Assembly: GCA_051942245.1 (NCBI GenBank)
Contig: JAVECL010000074.1
Coordinates: 1-61,977 of the forward strand
Length of the DNA stretch: 61,977 bases
Source: Trypethelium eluteriae
Taxonomy: Eukaryota
Reading direction: 5' to 3'
Positions 1 through 12,203 of the stretch are shown piece by piece. A program made the translations under genes and the position numbers. Under the pieces are notes generated by a model. It did not search any database. It had not been told where the DNA came from and saw nothing but the letters and a program-made list of their open reading frames with translations. Positions within the stretch are counted from its first letter, which is position 1. The number at the start of each line of letters is the position of its first letter.

Positions 1-1
1 G

Positions 2-163
2 AGGTTGGGGAACCAGGTGGAGCCGGAGGATGATGGGTTCGATGGCAAGAGGAGGGTGAGTAATGCAGATGAGAGTGGGGATGAAACAGAAGAGGTGAGC
101 GGGAGTGAGAATGGTAATGGGTGGAGCAACGGATTCGAAGATGCGAAGACAAGGGTCGGATGA
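2..163 (+). CDS. Probable 3' end of a gene entering the window (acidic/Gly-rich tail)
   Basis: Frame 2 is open from the window edge (RLGNQVEPEDDGFDG...EDAKTRVG) to TGA 161-163, convergent with SEC27. No domain recognised. Confidence 0.4.
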   Translation, partial: RLGNQVEPEDDGFDGKRRVSNADESGDETEEVSGSENGNGWSNGFEDAKTRVG

Positions 164-361
164 TAACGACGATTATAATGAACGGGTGTAAAATATGCAT
201 GAGCTGGTGTTTGGTTGGTTTGGTGAACTGGAGGTAGAAGCCGTACATATCGATGTACCTAGATGAAGCATGACCGTTCTCAATGTAAATAGAGACACCC
301 ACCGATTTTCAGCTGCCTCAACACCGTAACTCCGCTCTCGCCAGCTTCCAGTCGTAGCGTA

Positions 362-3341
362 TCACTCTACCTCCGCTTGTTCCGCTTGCGCCTCCTGGTC
401 TAATCGATCTAGCTCCCCCTCTGCCGACCCATTCGTCACGGGCGCCTCTGCTCCTTTCACGGCATCTTCTACATCGATCAACTGCCCCGTCTTTCCCTCC
501 CTTTCCAAACCCAACCACTCCTCCCACGCTGGAAACATCTCCTCGTCTCCCTCAACACCATCAATCTCACCATTTACCTGTCCAGCACCCCCTTTTCCAG
601 CAGGTGGCATGCCTAACGCTCGCGCAACCTTGGTCTTCCCATCCTGCTCCAAGCCCTCTTTCCACCCCTTCACCAAGGGCCGTGCCAAGCTCGGTGCATA
701 TGCCGTCGCAAAAAGCACAGCCTCGGCACGACGTCCCGTATTCTCTAACAACTCAACACATCCCGAGACGTCACGAACCTGCCAGAGACAGCTAAACGCG
801 ACATTATTTGCGCCGATCTCATTTGCTTGCGCTGCCAGGGCTCTCAAGCCCGCTTCGTCAGCAGCCGCTGAGTGCAGCAGCAACAACGAGCCCAGGTCTT
901 TCGCGTTCTCGAAGCACGTCTTAGCAAGACCAATATCCCATGCGGTCAAAGCAGCATCGCCAACTGTCTTCCACTTATGCTCCACATCAGCCTTCTGCGC
1001 CAGCTCGAGCGCGATATCGAGGCGATTGAGCGAGAGGGCGAGCTCGAAGCGCTGCTCTAGGTCAGTACTGATATCGAGAGCCTGATCCTTGAGTCCCTGG
1101 CCCTCGAGAAACCTTGCGATCTTGTTCTTCTCAGACTCCGGGATCTCAGGTAGTAGCGTCTCGTTGGCCTCGTCGATGTCACCTCGGAGCACGAGCGTCT
1201 GGTACTCGACCACGGTGAGCGAGAGCGAGTACGACGAGACCTGGACGTCGCGGTCGCAGACATAGACGCGGGAGTCGCGGGGGAGGTAGCCGAGCACGTA
1301 GTGAGGCGCATCGAAATGGTTGATCGTGTAGGTCGCCTGACCGACGAGATAATTGAGCCGATTCGTGCTGTTGGTATAGATGAAGCAATCACCGACCCAC
1401 TGGCCCGTGCGTACGCTCTCGTTGATGTCGGTGATAACTTCGAAGGCGGCTTCGACGCCGTCTTCGTCGACTTCGTTAGCCTGGAGCGCTGAGACGTAGG
1501 CTTCGCGCGAGAAGCGCAGGACGTAGAATGTGTCTTCGCAGGCGAGAGTAACGAGTTCACCGCTCTCGGACCAGTAGACGCTCTTCGGGTCGACTTCTAT
1601 TCTGCGGACGAGCTGGCCCGTTTCCCAGTCGAACAGACCAATTCCGCCTTGGCCCTTCACCCCGAGCAGAACACCGCCACTTAGGCCTTCGGCCTGAAAG
1701 CCAACGTTTACAGTCGCCTTTTCCTTAAAGTTCCTGAAGACCTTGACGCTCATGGTCGATTCCCGAATAGCGTAATCTTTGTCATTTTCTTTAGAACCCC
1801 AAGCGAAGTCGAGAGCAGAGCCAAATGCCTGATTTCGTAAGGCCAAGGCGGTATAAACGATGTATTCGCCATCGCCGCACACTGCAACGAAACGACCATT
1901 TGGAGAATGAAGCAGAGACTGGGGGTAGATTTCGGTAGAACCAAGATCTTTAGTAGGGAGAGTAAGACGGTCGCCGTCCTTGAGCGTTTTGTCCCCGGAC
2001 TTAATGACAGTCGTGAGAATCTCGCTATGTCTTGCCCAGATGACCTTACCAGAGGCGTCCATAGACACGGCAGGTTCCTCTCGGCCCATTTTCACGACGA
2101 CGGCTCCATCGTCAAACCCAACAGCAATCCCTTGCCTTCCCTTTTGGTAACTGACACACCACGCTCTCTCAAGCCCATAGCTCAGACTCTGTTCTAACCG
2201 GTACGTGTTTGCGTGCCAGATTTTCACCGTGCCATCCTCACTTCCTGAAATAATGACTGGAAGTTCTGGGTGGTAACAGGCGAAACTGACATTGCTCGTG
2301 TGACCTTCGAGCGTTGCAATGAGACCTTTGGTTGTGTAATCCCATACCTTCACCGTTCGATCGTCACTAGTTGTCAGGATGTATGGCTTGTCGCTCTGTG
2401 GATAGTAATCGACATGATTCACGCCCTTTGTCTCATGCGCCTCCAGTGTAAAATTCGGCGTCCCAGATCCCAAGCTCCATATTTTTACCGTTCGGTCTAG
2501 ACACGCACTAGCGAATGTATTCGTGTCCTTTGGATTGATGGCAAGACCCATGACATAATGTGAGTGTCCCTCGAAAACTTGCACGCATTTCCACGCCTGA
2601 TCCCAATTCCATAATTTTATTGTCATGTCATCCGATGCCGTAAGAAGGAAAGGTTGCGTGGGGTGGACGGCGATGGCTCTGATATAGTCAGGATGTGCTT
2701 CAAACGATGTAATTTTCTCGCTCGTGTTGTAATTGTAGACTCGTAACTGGAAGTCATCTGAGCCACTGCGGCCAACAATCAGCTGGAGGTTTCCAAAGGA
2801 GGCCAATCCCCTCATACCAAGCTATCCAGTTCTTTCTCGATATGAATCTTCCTGCACGAACGGGCACATCGGTCAACTCGAACGTCTTGACAATCGCTTG
2901 GGACTCGTAGCTCCAGACTTTGGCACCGTTAGCAGATCTGGAAAAGGCTCAAGTCATGAGAGCAACACACTGTACACATGGCCGCTGTACAGAGTCGTGA
3001 GGATCCATGGTTCGGTCTGATGACAAGGTCAGTCGGGTGTATCTTCTGAGCCTGAAGTGGAGGAGACTCAAGCAGAAAATTATCGTACCGGATGGAAATC
3101 AATTCCCTTCACACGCTCGGAGCGGGCGAAGAGCTGTCTCTGTAATTGATATTGTGCCTTAGCATACATTCTCTTTTGATTTGGAAGCACGCAGACAGCA
3201 TGGCAAACAAATAAGCAGGCGCATCAGGAAGATGTGTTCCACGATGCCACAGCATAGAGCATTGTCCAAATTGCGATTTCCCACTTATTTGATGTCGTGT
3301 CACAGCGCCGCTTTTTTCCTTACTTTGACGTCCAATCGCAT
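362..3341 (-). CDS. SEC27: Coatomer (COPI) beta' subunit, WD40 protein
   Basis: Exons 3341-3324, 3139-3089, 3016-2971, 2917-2818, 2765-362 with GT-AG introns give [45 protein letters not shown]...GSDDFQLRVYNYNTSEKITSFEAHPDYIR, the recognisable beta'-COP N-terminus. Confidence 0.97.
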
Positions 3342-4206
3342 GGCTCCTGCTCAATCATGTACGCAATATCAAAGCAAGGGGGGAGGAATTCGACGCTTTC
3401 GATCAGGTGCGTATTGGAACGCCAGTGTGAGCGTAAGCTTCAGCGATGCGGGGAAACGAGGGAACGGATAATAAGTGTGGCGACGAAACAAGGCTCTGCA
3501 ACGAATCGAGTAGATCGGACGCGTATGTTGCACTGCAGTGTAGAAGAGCTTGGAAGTTTTCTTTTGTGATCTGGTATATGTGGAAGATTTGGGAAGCTGC
3601 GCGGGGGCGGAGGCGTGAAGCGGATTCGCACCAACCCTCCGCGCCCTTTTTCCAGCTGCGCATGTTCATATCACCAGATCTATAACAAGTAAAAACATAT
3701 GATTACGAAGAAAGTTATGGGCTACTGCATTAGAGGTTGTTACACATAGTGGTGGTCGAGACGAGTATATTAAATCTCGGAACCAGCCAAAAGCCGCACT
3801 ACTTTGCAACGCTTTCCTATCCATATGCCAGAGGTCCAACAGCTGAACCGACTCTCGGAAGCACCCGCGATGAGAGCATTGATTACATTGCTAGAATAAT
3901 TCCATCAAAACCACTGAAATATCTCAAGGAGATTCGTGATGGCCATGAATTGTGCGGTAACTCTCCCGTCCCAGAGCAAGCATGTCAGCACCCAACTTCA
4001 GGCTGGAAAGCAGAAGGTCCTTTAACGCCCGTAACATCCCAAGCTAACGAGACAGCGGTCTCGTAAACTGGGAATCATAGTCCGATGTCACTGTCCAAAT
4101 TATTTTTGTGTCGAGCGGGAGTCCAGTTTTGATGCCGTATTATTTGCAGATTAGTTAGCCTCTCTGCTGGATAGACCCCTGATATGTACCAGAATCCAAT
4201 GCAATT

Positions 4207-5456
4207 CTAGTGGTAGCTGGGCGGTGTGCCGCCCTGCCCACTTTGATAATGTAAGTTCCTCCTCATAACCTCCAGAGTATTCGGGAAATATGGTTCGACC
4301 CCATAGTTCTTAAGGTATGCGCCCGTCTTCTCAATCCTCTTGATTTCCCTTTGTACGGGCCAATCCTCGCCCTCTCCAAATCGCCTGCGCACGACCTCAA
4401 CCATGCTCTCGTCTAAACGAGCATAAAAGGCTCTCCGTGCGGCCAGGTCATCCTGGTCGCCAGAGTCCAAACCACCGTGCGAATTGAGGTTTCCACCAAG
4501 CTTGAGGATAAGATCGAAAGCGAAGCGAGAGCCGGTCGGAAGTGAGGAAAGGCGGGAGATGTCGGGAAGAAATTTACCCATTGCGGAGGCAAAGTGTGAG
4601 GCAGATATGGAGTCGTTGAGGTCATCTTGGAGACGATGGAGGTCAAAGTTGACGATTGTGATCTTACGATCAAGTTGAGCATTGAGTGTCTCGGCGCTAT
4701 TGGGCTGAGAATCCATTGCTTTGGCGATTGACGGAGGGACGTCTGTAGTTTTGAGTTAGCTGTGTTGTCGAGAATAGCATGTAGCGTGGAATATGTGGAT
4801 TAGACTGTGGGTGTAGATATAGCCAGGCCGATGGAATAGCCATCAGGTCTGTCGATTGCATATTTACTAGAGAATGAGAACGGAGTTGATGACTTACCAG
4901 GTCGAAGCCCTCTTTTGTCGATCCAAGAGTGCACCTCCTTTTGTTGCAGTTCAAGCGTTTCCACCCACGCAGACAAATCTGTTATCTGATTCTCTAGTTG
5001 CTCGATTTTGTCGGTGTAAGGGCGCATGGCTTCATTGAAGGCACGTGTGAGAAGGTCCGGAGCTGGCTCCAGCTTTGATGGATTCGCACTCGTGTCGAAA
5101 CTGCTATGAGCTGCCATGGGCGGAGGTGCTCCAGCGCTCGATTGACTGTGGTTCACGCCATTGGTCATCGGCCCACCACGAGAGCCCGGAGGGGGTCCAT
5201 AGGCCGAGTCTTGAGGACCAGTCTGGCGCGGATACATGTTGGCCTCTTTGGCGGCGGCAAAGTCGGTCGGACTCTGGACACCCTGGCCGTCGAAGTGGGC
5301 ACTGGGATTGCTATATGATTGACGCGATGAAGATGGGCGATCGAATTTGCTGTCTGGCCGATAACTGGATTGTTTGGGTGAATTCGGTGAATCGTAATCG
5401 TCGACGTAGCTTTGAGAGTTCGTGCGGCTTCGGGACAGGCGCTTGAAGAATGACAT
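4207..5456 (-). CDS. Fungal hypothetical protein (low-complexity N-terminus, coiled coil)
   Basis: ORFs 4800-5456 and 4207-4716 join in frame through intron 4897-4743 (GTAAGT...GCTAAC...CAG): ...DKRGLRP-DVPPSIAKAMDSQP... Confidence 0.85.
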
Positions 5457-6646
5457 GGTGAGGAAAAGAAGAAGCCGGGCGGAGTGAGCGGACGATGCCG
5501 ATATATGGCAATAAGGGGACTATGATAAGCGCTAGACGAAATGAAGGCTTGAGCGAGTGACAATTATGATGGATTCGAAGAGGTTGGATATTAAATTCAG
5601 AGGGCTGGTTTTTGGGGGGGGCACTGGAGGAGACAGGGAACACAATCAGGCCAGCTCGGATTGCCACGCAAAGCTTGATGCACCAAGCCGCTTCCAGCAC
5701 TCAGAGCTCGAATAGCTTCGCTTGCTCCTATGCCGTTCAATCGAATCTCGAGTTGGACTATCCTCCAGCGATCTCGTCTCCTATATGATTCCAGCAGCGA
5801 ACAGCTTACAGACGTGTCCATGCCAAAGCTCCCAGCACTTTCCAATGTCTGAGCGCCCGAGCTCTAGTGAGGTGGCTGGAGAGGTGGCACTCGCTTAGCC
5901 ACCAAACCTATTCGACCGGTAAATCGCCCAGGCAACCAGACTCGGACTGATTACGGACGACACCCCAATTTGCTTTACGGATTGGTCTTAGACCCATCCA
6001 AGAGATGGCTAGGAACAGGCAAAGTGCTATGTCGAAATAGGCCAGTGCTCCAAGTCTCAGCCCTACACCTTTACCACTATTCCCAAATGATCAGACATAC
6101 ATGTAACCTAAAACTGCAATTATAGCACGCCTTACCTACCACGCGTCAGCCATGCGCGGCGACCGCAAGTCAGACCAACTCTCACCCGATGCCTGCTATA
6201 TGCTGGTTGAAAGGCCATCACTGCCACGATTGGTTGAGACGTGAAGCGGAACGGTCCGTTGTCCCAATCCTTCGCGAATCTCGCCCCCAACTTCGACATC
6301 AGCCTTATGAGAGTGAAATCCCCGATTTGGACCATACTATAATCAGGCATTCCTCCGGCAATTCAAAACGCAGGCACGCCAAGTCGACTTCGGAATGGGG
6401 TTTGAGATGATCTTGGACCGGTTGGGTGAAAACATCTCACCCTTTCGTAATGGCTCGAATCGAATACAATCGTGTCGTCATATACGTCCATGAGCTAAGA
6501 GATGCGCGCTATAGGTGGGATACGCTCATACGCGTTGTCGCGTGCCTTCCTTTCGACAATTGTCAATGTCTTCTCGCTGTCCCTCGCTTCTTCGTCCTTG
6601 GTTTGCCTTTCCCGTTAACCATAATTCATCTGTTAATGCCAGAAAC

Positions 6647-7922
6647 ATGGCCACGCTTACTGGAAACAAGTTCGATCCAAGCAAGGACATTCCCAACCTT
6701 ATGGGCAAGGTTATGCAATCAGAAGCCCTCATTCGCGCATCACTGATTTAGTCTACAGACCTACATTGTTACCGGGGGATCAGCTGGAATTGGGTTTGGC
6801 ATAGTCGCACATTTACTACAACACAAACCCTCAAAGATATACCTTCTAGGCAAGAAAGAGGAACATATAGAGGAGGCCCATAACGAGCTCAAGAATTGGG
6901 GCGACATCGGGAACGTCGAGACTAGGCAATGTGACTTTGAAGACTTGAGACAAACAGACCAAGTAGCGAAGGAGCTAGGCAATAGCTTAAGCACCCTTGA
7001 CGGTGTTCGTATCTCTACCACTCTTTTTCAAAGCAGCTGACTGTAAGCTAATCCAATCCAGCTCATTTGCAACGCAGGTCTAGGTGTCGGGGCATACAGA
7101 CAAACCACAGACGGCCTTGATGCCCACATGCAGGTCAACCACATTTCTCAATTCCACCTCGCACTCATTCTCCTCCCACTTCTTCAACGCACTCCCAACT
7201 CCCGTCTGGTTGTCCAATCCTCCGAAATCCACCGCGTCCTCTCTGCCTCCGACGTCCAATTCAACTCCCTCTCCGAGCTCACTACAGATCTCGGCCCTAT
7301 GAAACTCTACGGGCGCACCAAGCTCGCACAGATACTCTTCATCCAGGCTCTAGCGCGTAGGGCTACAGCCGGCGACATGGGTTTCGGCTCGAATCGGGAG
7401 CTAGGATTTGGGAAAGACGGACAGGCCGAAAAGGTCAGGGCCGAAGGGCCGTGGATGAATGCCGTCCATCCTGGTGGAGTGAAGACGGATCAGCAGGAGC
7501 AGGCGGTTGAGGCGTATGGAACCAAGGGCAAGATTGGAGTCAAGGCGGTGCGACCGCTTATGAAAGATCCCGTGGATGAAGGATGTAGACCGGCGCTGTT
7601 TGCACTGACGAGCGATGATGTTGTAAAGGAGCACATTCAGGGACGATACGTAAGTGGTGACGTTTTCAACGGACTGTGAGGCTGTGTTAGCTTTGCGTGT
7701 GCTGATGTTTGATTCGCAAAGATTGTACCCGATCGCAAAGTCACTGAACCGTCTAAGTTGGCACAGGATGAAGAGCTGAGTGAAAGACTGTGGAAACTTA
7801 CCGAGCAGGTATTGAGCGAAAAACTCACTTCATTGCCGTACATGCCATCGTATGTGGATCCTATGGCTAAAGAGGGGCTCCACGGGCATGTGGAAGGCAG
7901 ACCAGTAGGTGACGAGCATTGA
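6647..7922 (+). CDS. Short-chain dehydrogenase/reductase (retinol dehydrogenase/WWOX-like subfamily)
   Basis: Spliced product MATLTGNKFDPSKDIPNLMGK-TYIVTGGSAGIG (TGxxxGIG), LICNAG, HMQVNHISQFHL, catalytic YGRTK, VHPGGVKT. Three introns, stop TGA 7920-7922. Confidence 0.92.
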
Positions 7923-9059
7923 TGCAACACCCTACCTTTTCTCAAATACTGCATACCTAGATGCACAGAAAAATCAACCAAATTATGACATGCATTAATC
8001 AATCACATCAATGTGGGAGAAAGCATCAGAAGGGCCGCCTGCTTCGATTCACACCAAGCCGAATTAACGTACAAATGACCTTCCCATATCAGCCATCTTC
8101 TTCACCATAGCTAGTTTCTTTTCGCCTCGTCCGTTTTTCAGCCATCGATCCACGTCAGCTAATAAATGCTACCATTGAGTCCATAAGCTAAACCGAAAGG
8201 ATATTGCACGATTTGACAACCGTGGCAAAATGAAAACGTAATTCTTCTCTGGCCCGGTGACCGATTCCCCCATTGCCTCCTCTGGAAGCTGCGCCTCGAT
8301 TTCCTGTACCAACTCCGTGGCTATGCTAACCTTCCTACGGAATCTTCGTGCACAGTTGCATACCTAGTCATGCACCACTCCTCATGAGCAAGGTTCTTGG
8401 CCATAGATTTTCCATCTCTCCATTTTGTCATATTCCTGTATATCGTTCTCTGGTATTTCCACCTGTATAAAACTGCCCCAGAATCGAGCATCTCGATCTA
8501 AGGCGAAGAGAAATGAAGAAACAGAAAGAAAGAAAAACGCGAGAGTGAAGGAAGTATTGTGCTGTCAAATTAACGATGCTTGTGTGCAATTGCTTGACTA
8601 TGTGACGCGCCGGAGAAATCAACTATGCATTGACTTTCAGATGCAAGACTTTCCTATCTCGTCACGCAATCTCGGTCATGAGCGTCGTCGCACCCGTAAG
8701 TTCCGACTTTGCGCGTCTCTCTTTCCTGCATACCTCGCACTAATCGTGCTGTAATAGCAACGAGAACGCTGTGGGCTTTGCTTGTGTTTGTCGGACACCG
8801 TTATGCGAGGTGACGGTGGAAAGAGAGCATTTATTAGTGCCTTGCGGGTATCGGGTTGAGTAAAGATGCTTTTCGGTGGGCATGAGTGTTTGAAGAAATG
8901 AAAAAATTTTCGTGAAGAAAGTAAGAGGTATGAATGTGAGCCGTGGTGGTCGGGCGAATTTGGGTATCATAAGGTTGATGCGATCCTTACTCCAGCTGTC
9001 AACTGCAACTCAGTGGTGTTTTCTTTCTGCAAGCAGATTGGACATCAAGATAGAGAATC

Positions 9060-12000
9060 TTAATATCCACTCATAGCATAAAAATCCGGATACCAGCCTT
9101 TACTACCTTCCACGCCATGGAAGCGTCCAGGACCAGTTTTCATCGGCATATTATGGCCAAGCTCTTCTTTGATGCTGGATGTCCTCTCCTCAGCCGTGAG
9201 TCCTGCTTCGACCTTGACCCCGCTTGATAGTCCCTCATAGAGGGGGGCCGGATAATATCGATATCCAGCATATGATTCAATATCCGAGTCCATAGTGCCC
9301 TGCATTTGAGTGTCGACTTGCGGTTGCGCACCAGCCAGAGCCGAAGGCTCACCCACAGCGCCACCTTCCATTGAGCTCGTTGAGCTAACGGAATGGCTTG
9401 TTGATGGAGATGGTTCAAACGGGAAGCCTGCACTCCGGAATCCAACTCCACTGTTGCTACCTCCACCAAGACCAGGAACAGAAGCCCATCCTTTTGAAAA
9501 TCCACCCATGCTAGCCCCAGCAGTGGTATTCCCTGATCCAGGACCACCCAAGCCCCGACTTCCAGAGCTTCCTCCACTACCTCCTGGAGCTGCTCCGGCC
9601 GATCCTCCACCCTGCTCTTGGTAATGGCTCGGACTGCGGCCTCGGACGACGACTTGTGCGCTAATCCGTTGTGCTATCTTCACCCATTCTGGCCTACTTC
9701 CTGATCTATTGATGTCTCGTACATCAGCGTACAGCTCAACAATCAACGTATAGTATTGCTGGGCCGCTCGTCGTTTTCCGTTGTTTGCCGTTGCGGATTT
9801 GAATTGAATTCGCTCAAATGTGTGAGACTGGGAGGATGGATTAGACTGCGTCACAGGAACTGATGATTGAGATGACGAGGGTACCGAAGAGCTGCCAGCG
9901 TGAGTCGAGGGAGGATAAGAAGCGTTAGAGGCCGAGGTTGGTGATGGGGCCTGCGGATGATCGTCTGGTTCGCTCTGTAAGGGTAGATACGGTGGTGCCA
10001 CTTGTGTAGAGTGGGGATGTCCAAATGCATACGGACTGAAGGCAGTGTGCATTTGAGTGGGATCTGGCAAGACACCTGAGGGTCCGTGTAATGTTTTGGT
10101 GGGAGAAGCTGGCGCAACTTTCTGGATTGAAATTTGAAGTTGTGGGCCTTTGTCGCGTTTTGGCGTTTGCTGGAGCAATTCAATACTCTTTCCCTTCTCA
10201 CTGTCAACGGCAGCTGATAGAGACATGGCCAGAGCTTGGATTTGCTCGGCTCCATTCTTGCCGCCACGGTTGAGATAGAGCGGCCGATTGGGTAGATGTG
10301 GATTTAGTGTATACGAACAGTTGACTGAGAAGTAGTTTCGTCGATAGCATGTCCAGGTCCGATCACTAGAGTAAAAAAAGCCCTTTTCAATCTTCGCTTG
10401 GATATCTGCCGTGATCGGCTGTCCGTCAGAAGTGATGTCGTGGATCATTTGGAGTGTTGGAAATGGAGGTGATCGTGACTCCTGTGCGCCTGCATAATTC
10501 CCAGGATGAAGAGACGCTGAACTGGGGAACGGACTGACCGAAGAAGGCGAGAGCGACATGGTGCTTGTTGAGTTGGGAAACGCGCTGCGTGGGGTATTGT
10601 ACGAACTATGACTTAGTGGCTCGTTATGACTACGTGGAGACAAAGTGTGTCGGCTCAGATGAGTCGTAGTAGTATAATTATCTCGTGGGGTGGCACCCAA
10701 GGGTGGAGTCACCGGCACATTCGATCCTGGTGATCTGGTTGAGGGCAGCATTCCGGAAGATGGGTGATCTGTCCTGCAATTTTGCAATGTTAGTCCAATT
10801 GCGAGGCTCGAATTAAATTCGGGTATCTGGCACCCCAAAGCGGGTAGGAGCCGCTGCGGTGGCTACGTTGCAGAGGGGGACTTACATGGACTGCATCCGC
10901 GGCCTCACATTATACATAAGGTGTGACGGCTGGGTGTAATTCAACGGATTGCTATAAATTTGAGGGTAGGTCGAATAGTTATTAGTGCTGGTCAGCCCTG
11001 GTTGTGGAGCATTGAAAGTTGGAAATGCAATCGACGAGGCTGAACTAGGGCTTGTCGAGAACGAGCCGGAACCGGAGTCCCCAGGGCTCGCAGAAAAACC
11101 TTGGCCTGTCTGGCAGCTGTAGCTTGTGAACCATTAGCTGAGTTCTGATTGTGTCGACGATCTGTGAAGCTAAAAATGCTATAACATGTGTAATGGGTTC
11201 TGTGATGTTGCACTAGCGACGACGAGCCCAGGCCCTGGTAACAGAGTGTCATTGCTGGTGCTCGTCGTGTGACAGGTTTAGTTGCTGGAGGGGAGAAAAA
11301 GTCGAACCGACAGCTTGGTTCGTACAACAGCAGGCCGCATTGATGTGTTTGTCCCGGCTGGTGGTTGACTTTGACTCGAAACGCTTAAGTGAGGGCTACC
11401 CGGGTGGCAACTCCCATGTGTGCGCTTGACGAGAAGCACCAATGCTCGAAGGTGGCTGGCTTGACCAGACTGTCGGGAATACGAGTGAATGGGGTCAAAT
11501 ATGGTGGCCCCAGTAAAATGGAAATCAACTTACACTCCATTGGCTGCCGCAGTGCGGTGCGGCAGGTAACGAGCCTCGTTGGACGGAGGCAACGAGTAGC
11601 TACTGGTCGCTGACTGGGCTAAAGAGCCGTCACGCAGGAGTGGGTCGGCATTCGCTCCTGCGAATGAAGTATGATTCGCAGAGCCCAGGTGATCGATGTC
11701 CGACCCGAGATGGTATTCTCCTAACGGTAGATGCTGGAGTAGTGCTGCTGTAATCGCAGTCAGCCAATCAGCCTTACGAGGGACGGCTGAGCACAAAGGT
11801 CAGGTACAGTACGTGTAACAACAGGGAAAAGTGGTTCGCCGCCCGCTCGGGACAGGAAGGGAGAAGCAGGCTCAGGAATGACAACCGTTACACCGGAAAT
11901 TCCAGCGAATCTCAACGCCAATTTTTGCGCAAGCGCACCTTGATGCAATTCACGCAGATTGCCAACACCTGCGTAAAAGGGAGTCCCACCCGCAATCTGG

Positions 12001-12203
12001 TTGGGAAAGCGGCCTGAAATTTGAAAAAAATTTGAAGTCGGGCGCGAATGAAAAGACGAAATCAAAATATGAGCGGAATGACTGATCACATTTCTGGTGT
12101 GGCTGCAGATGGGAAAGGAAAGGAAAACCCCGAACAGGGTGATCAGAGCTCTAGAGTCGGCAGCGTTCCAGGATTGCAAAAATACTGGCTTACGTTGGTT
12201 CAT
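9060..12203 (-). CDS. Ndt80/PhoG-family (p53-like fold) transcription factor
   Basis: Motifs WTCYRRNYF, IELLQQTPKRDKGP, TFERIQFKSATANNGKRRAAQQYY, VVRGRSPSHY. Upstream exons 12203-12194, 11747-11534 and 10951-10886 splice in frame to 10773-9060; the 5' exons are less certain than the domain. Confidence 0.9.

Noticed and set aside
3215..3312. Possible box C/D snoRNA in SEC27 intron 1 (GGCGC...CTGA-T-GCGCC on the minus strand)
   Set aside because: A terminal stem and CTGA are present, but there is no acceptable box C (RTGATGA) and no identified guide.
4743..4897. Possible nested (stwintron) arrangement G|GTAAGT...TAG|TAAAT
   Set aside because: The internal unit would be ~31 nt with no branch site. 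A single 155-nt intron explains the frame.
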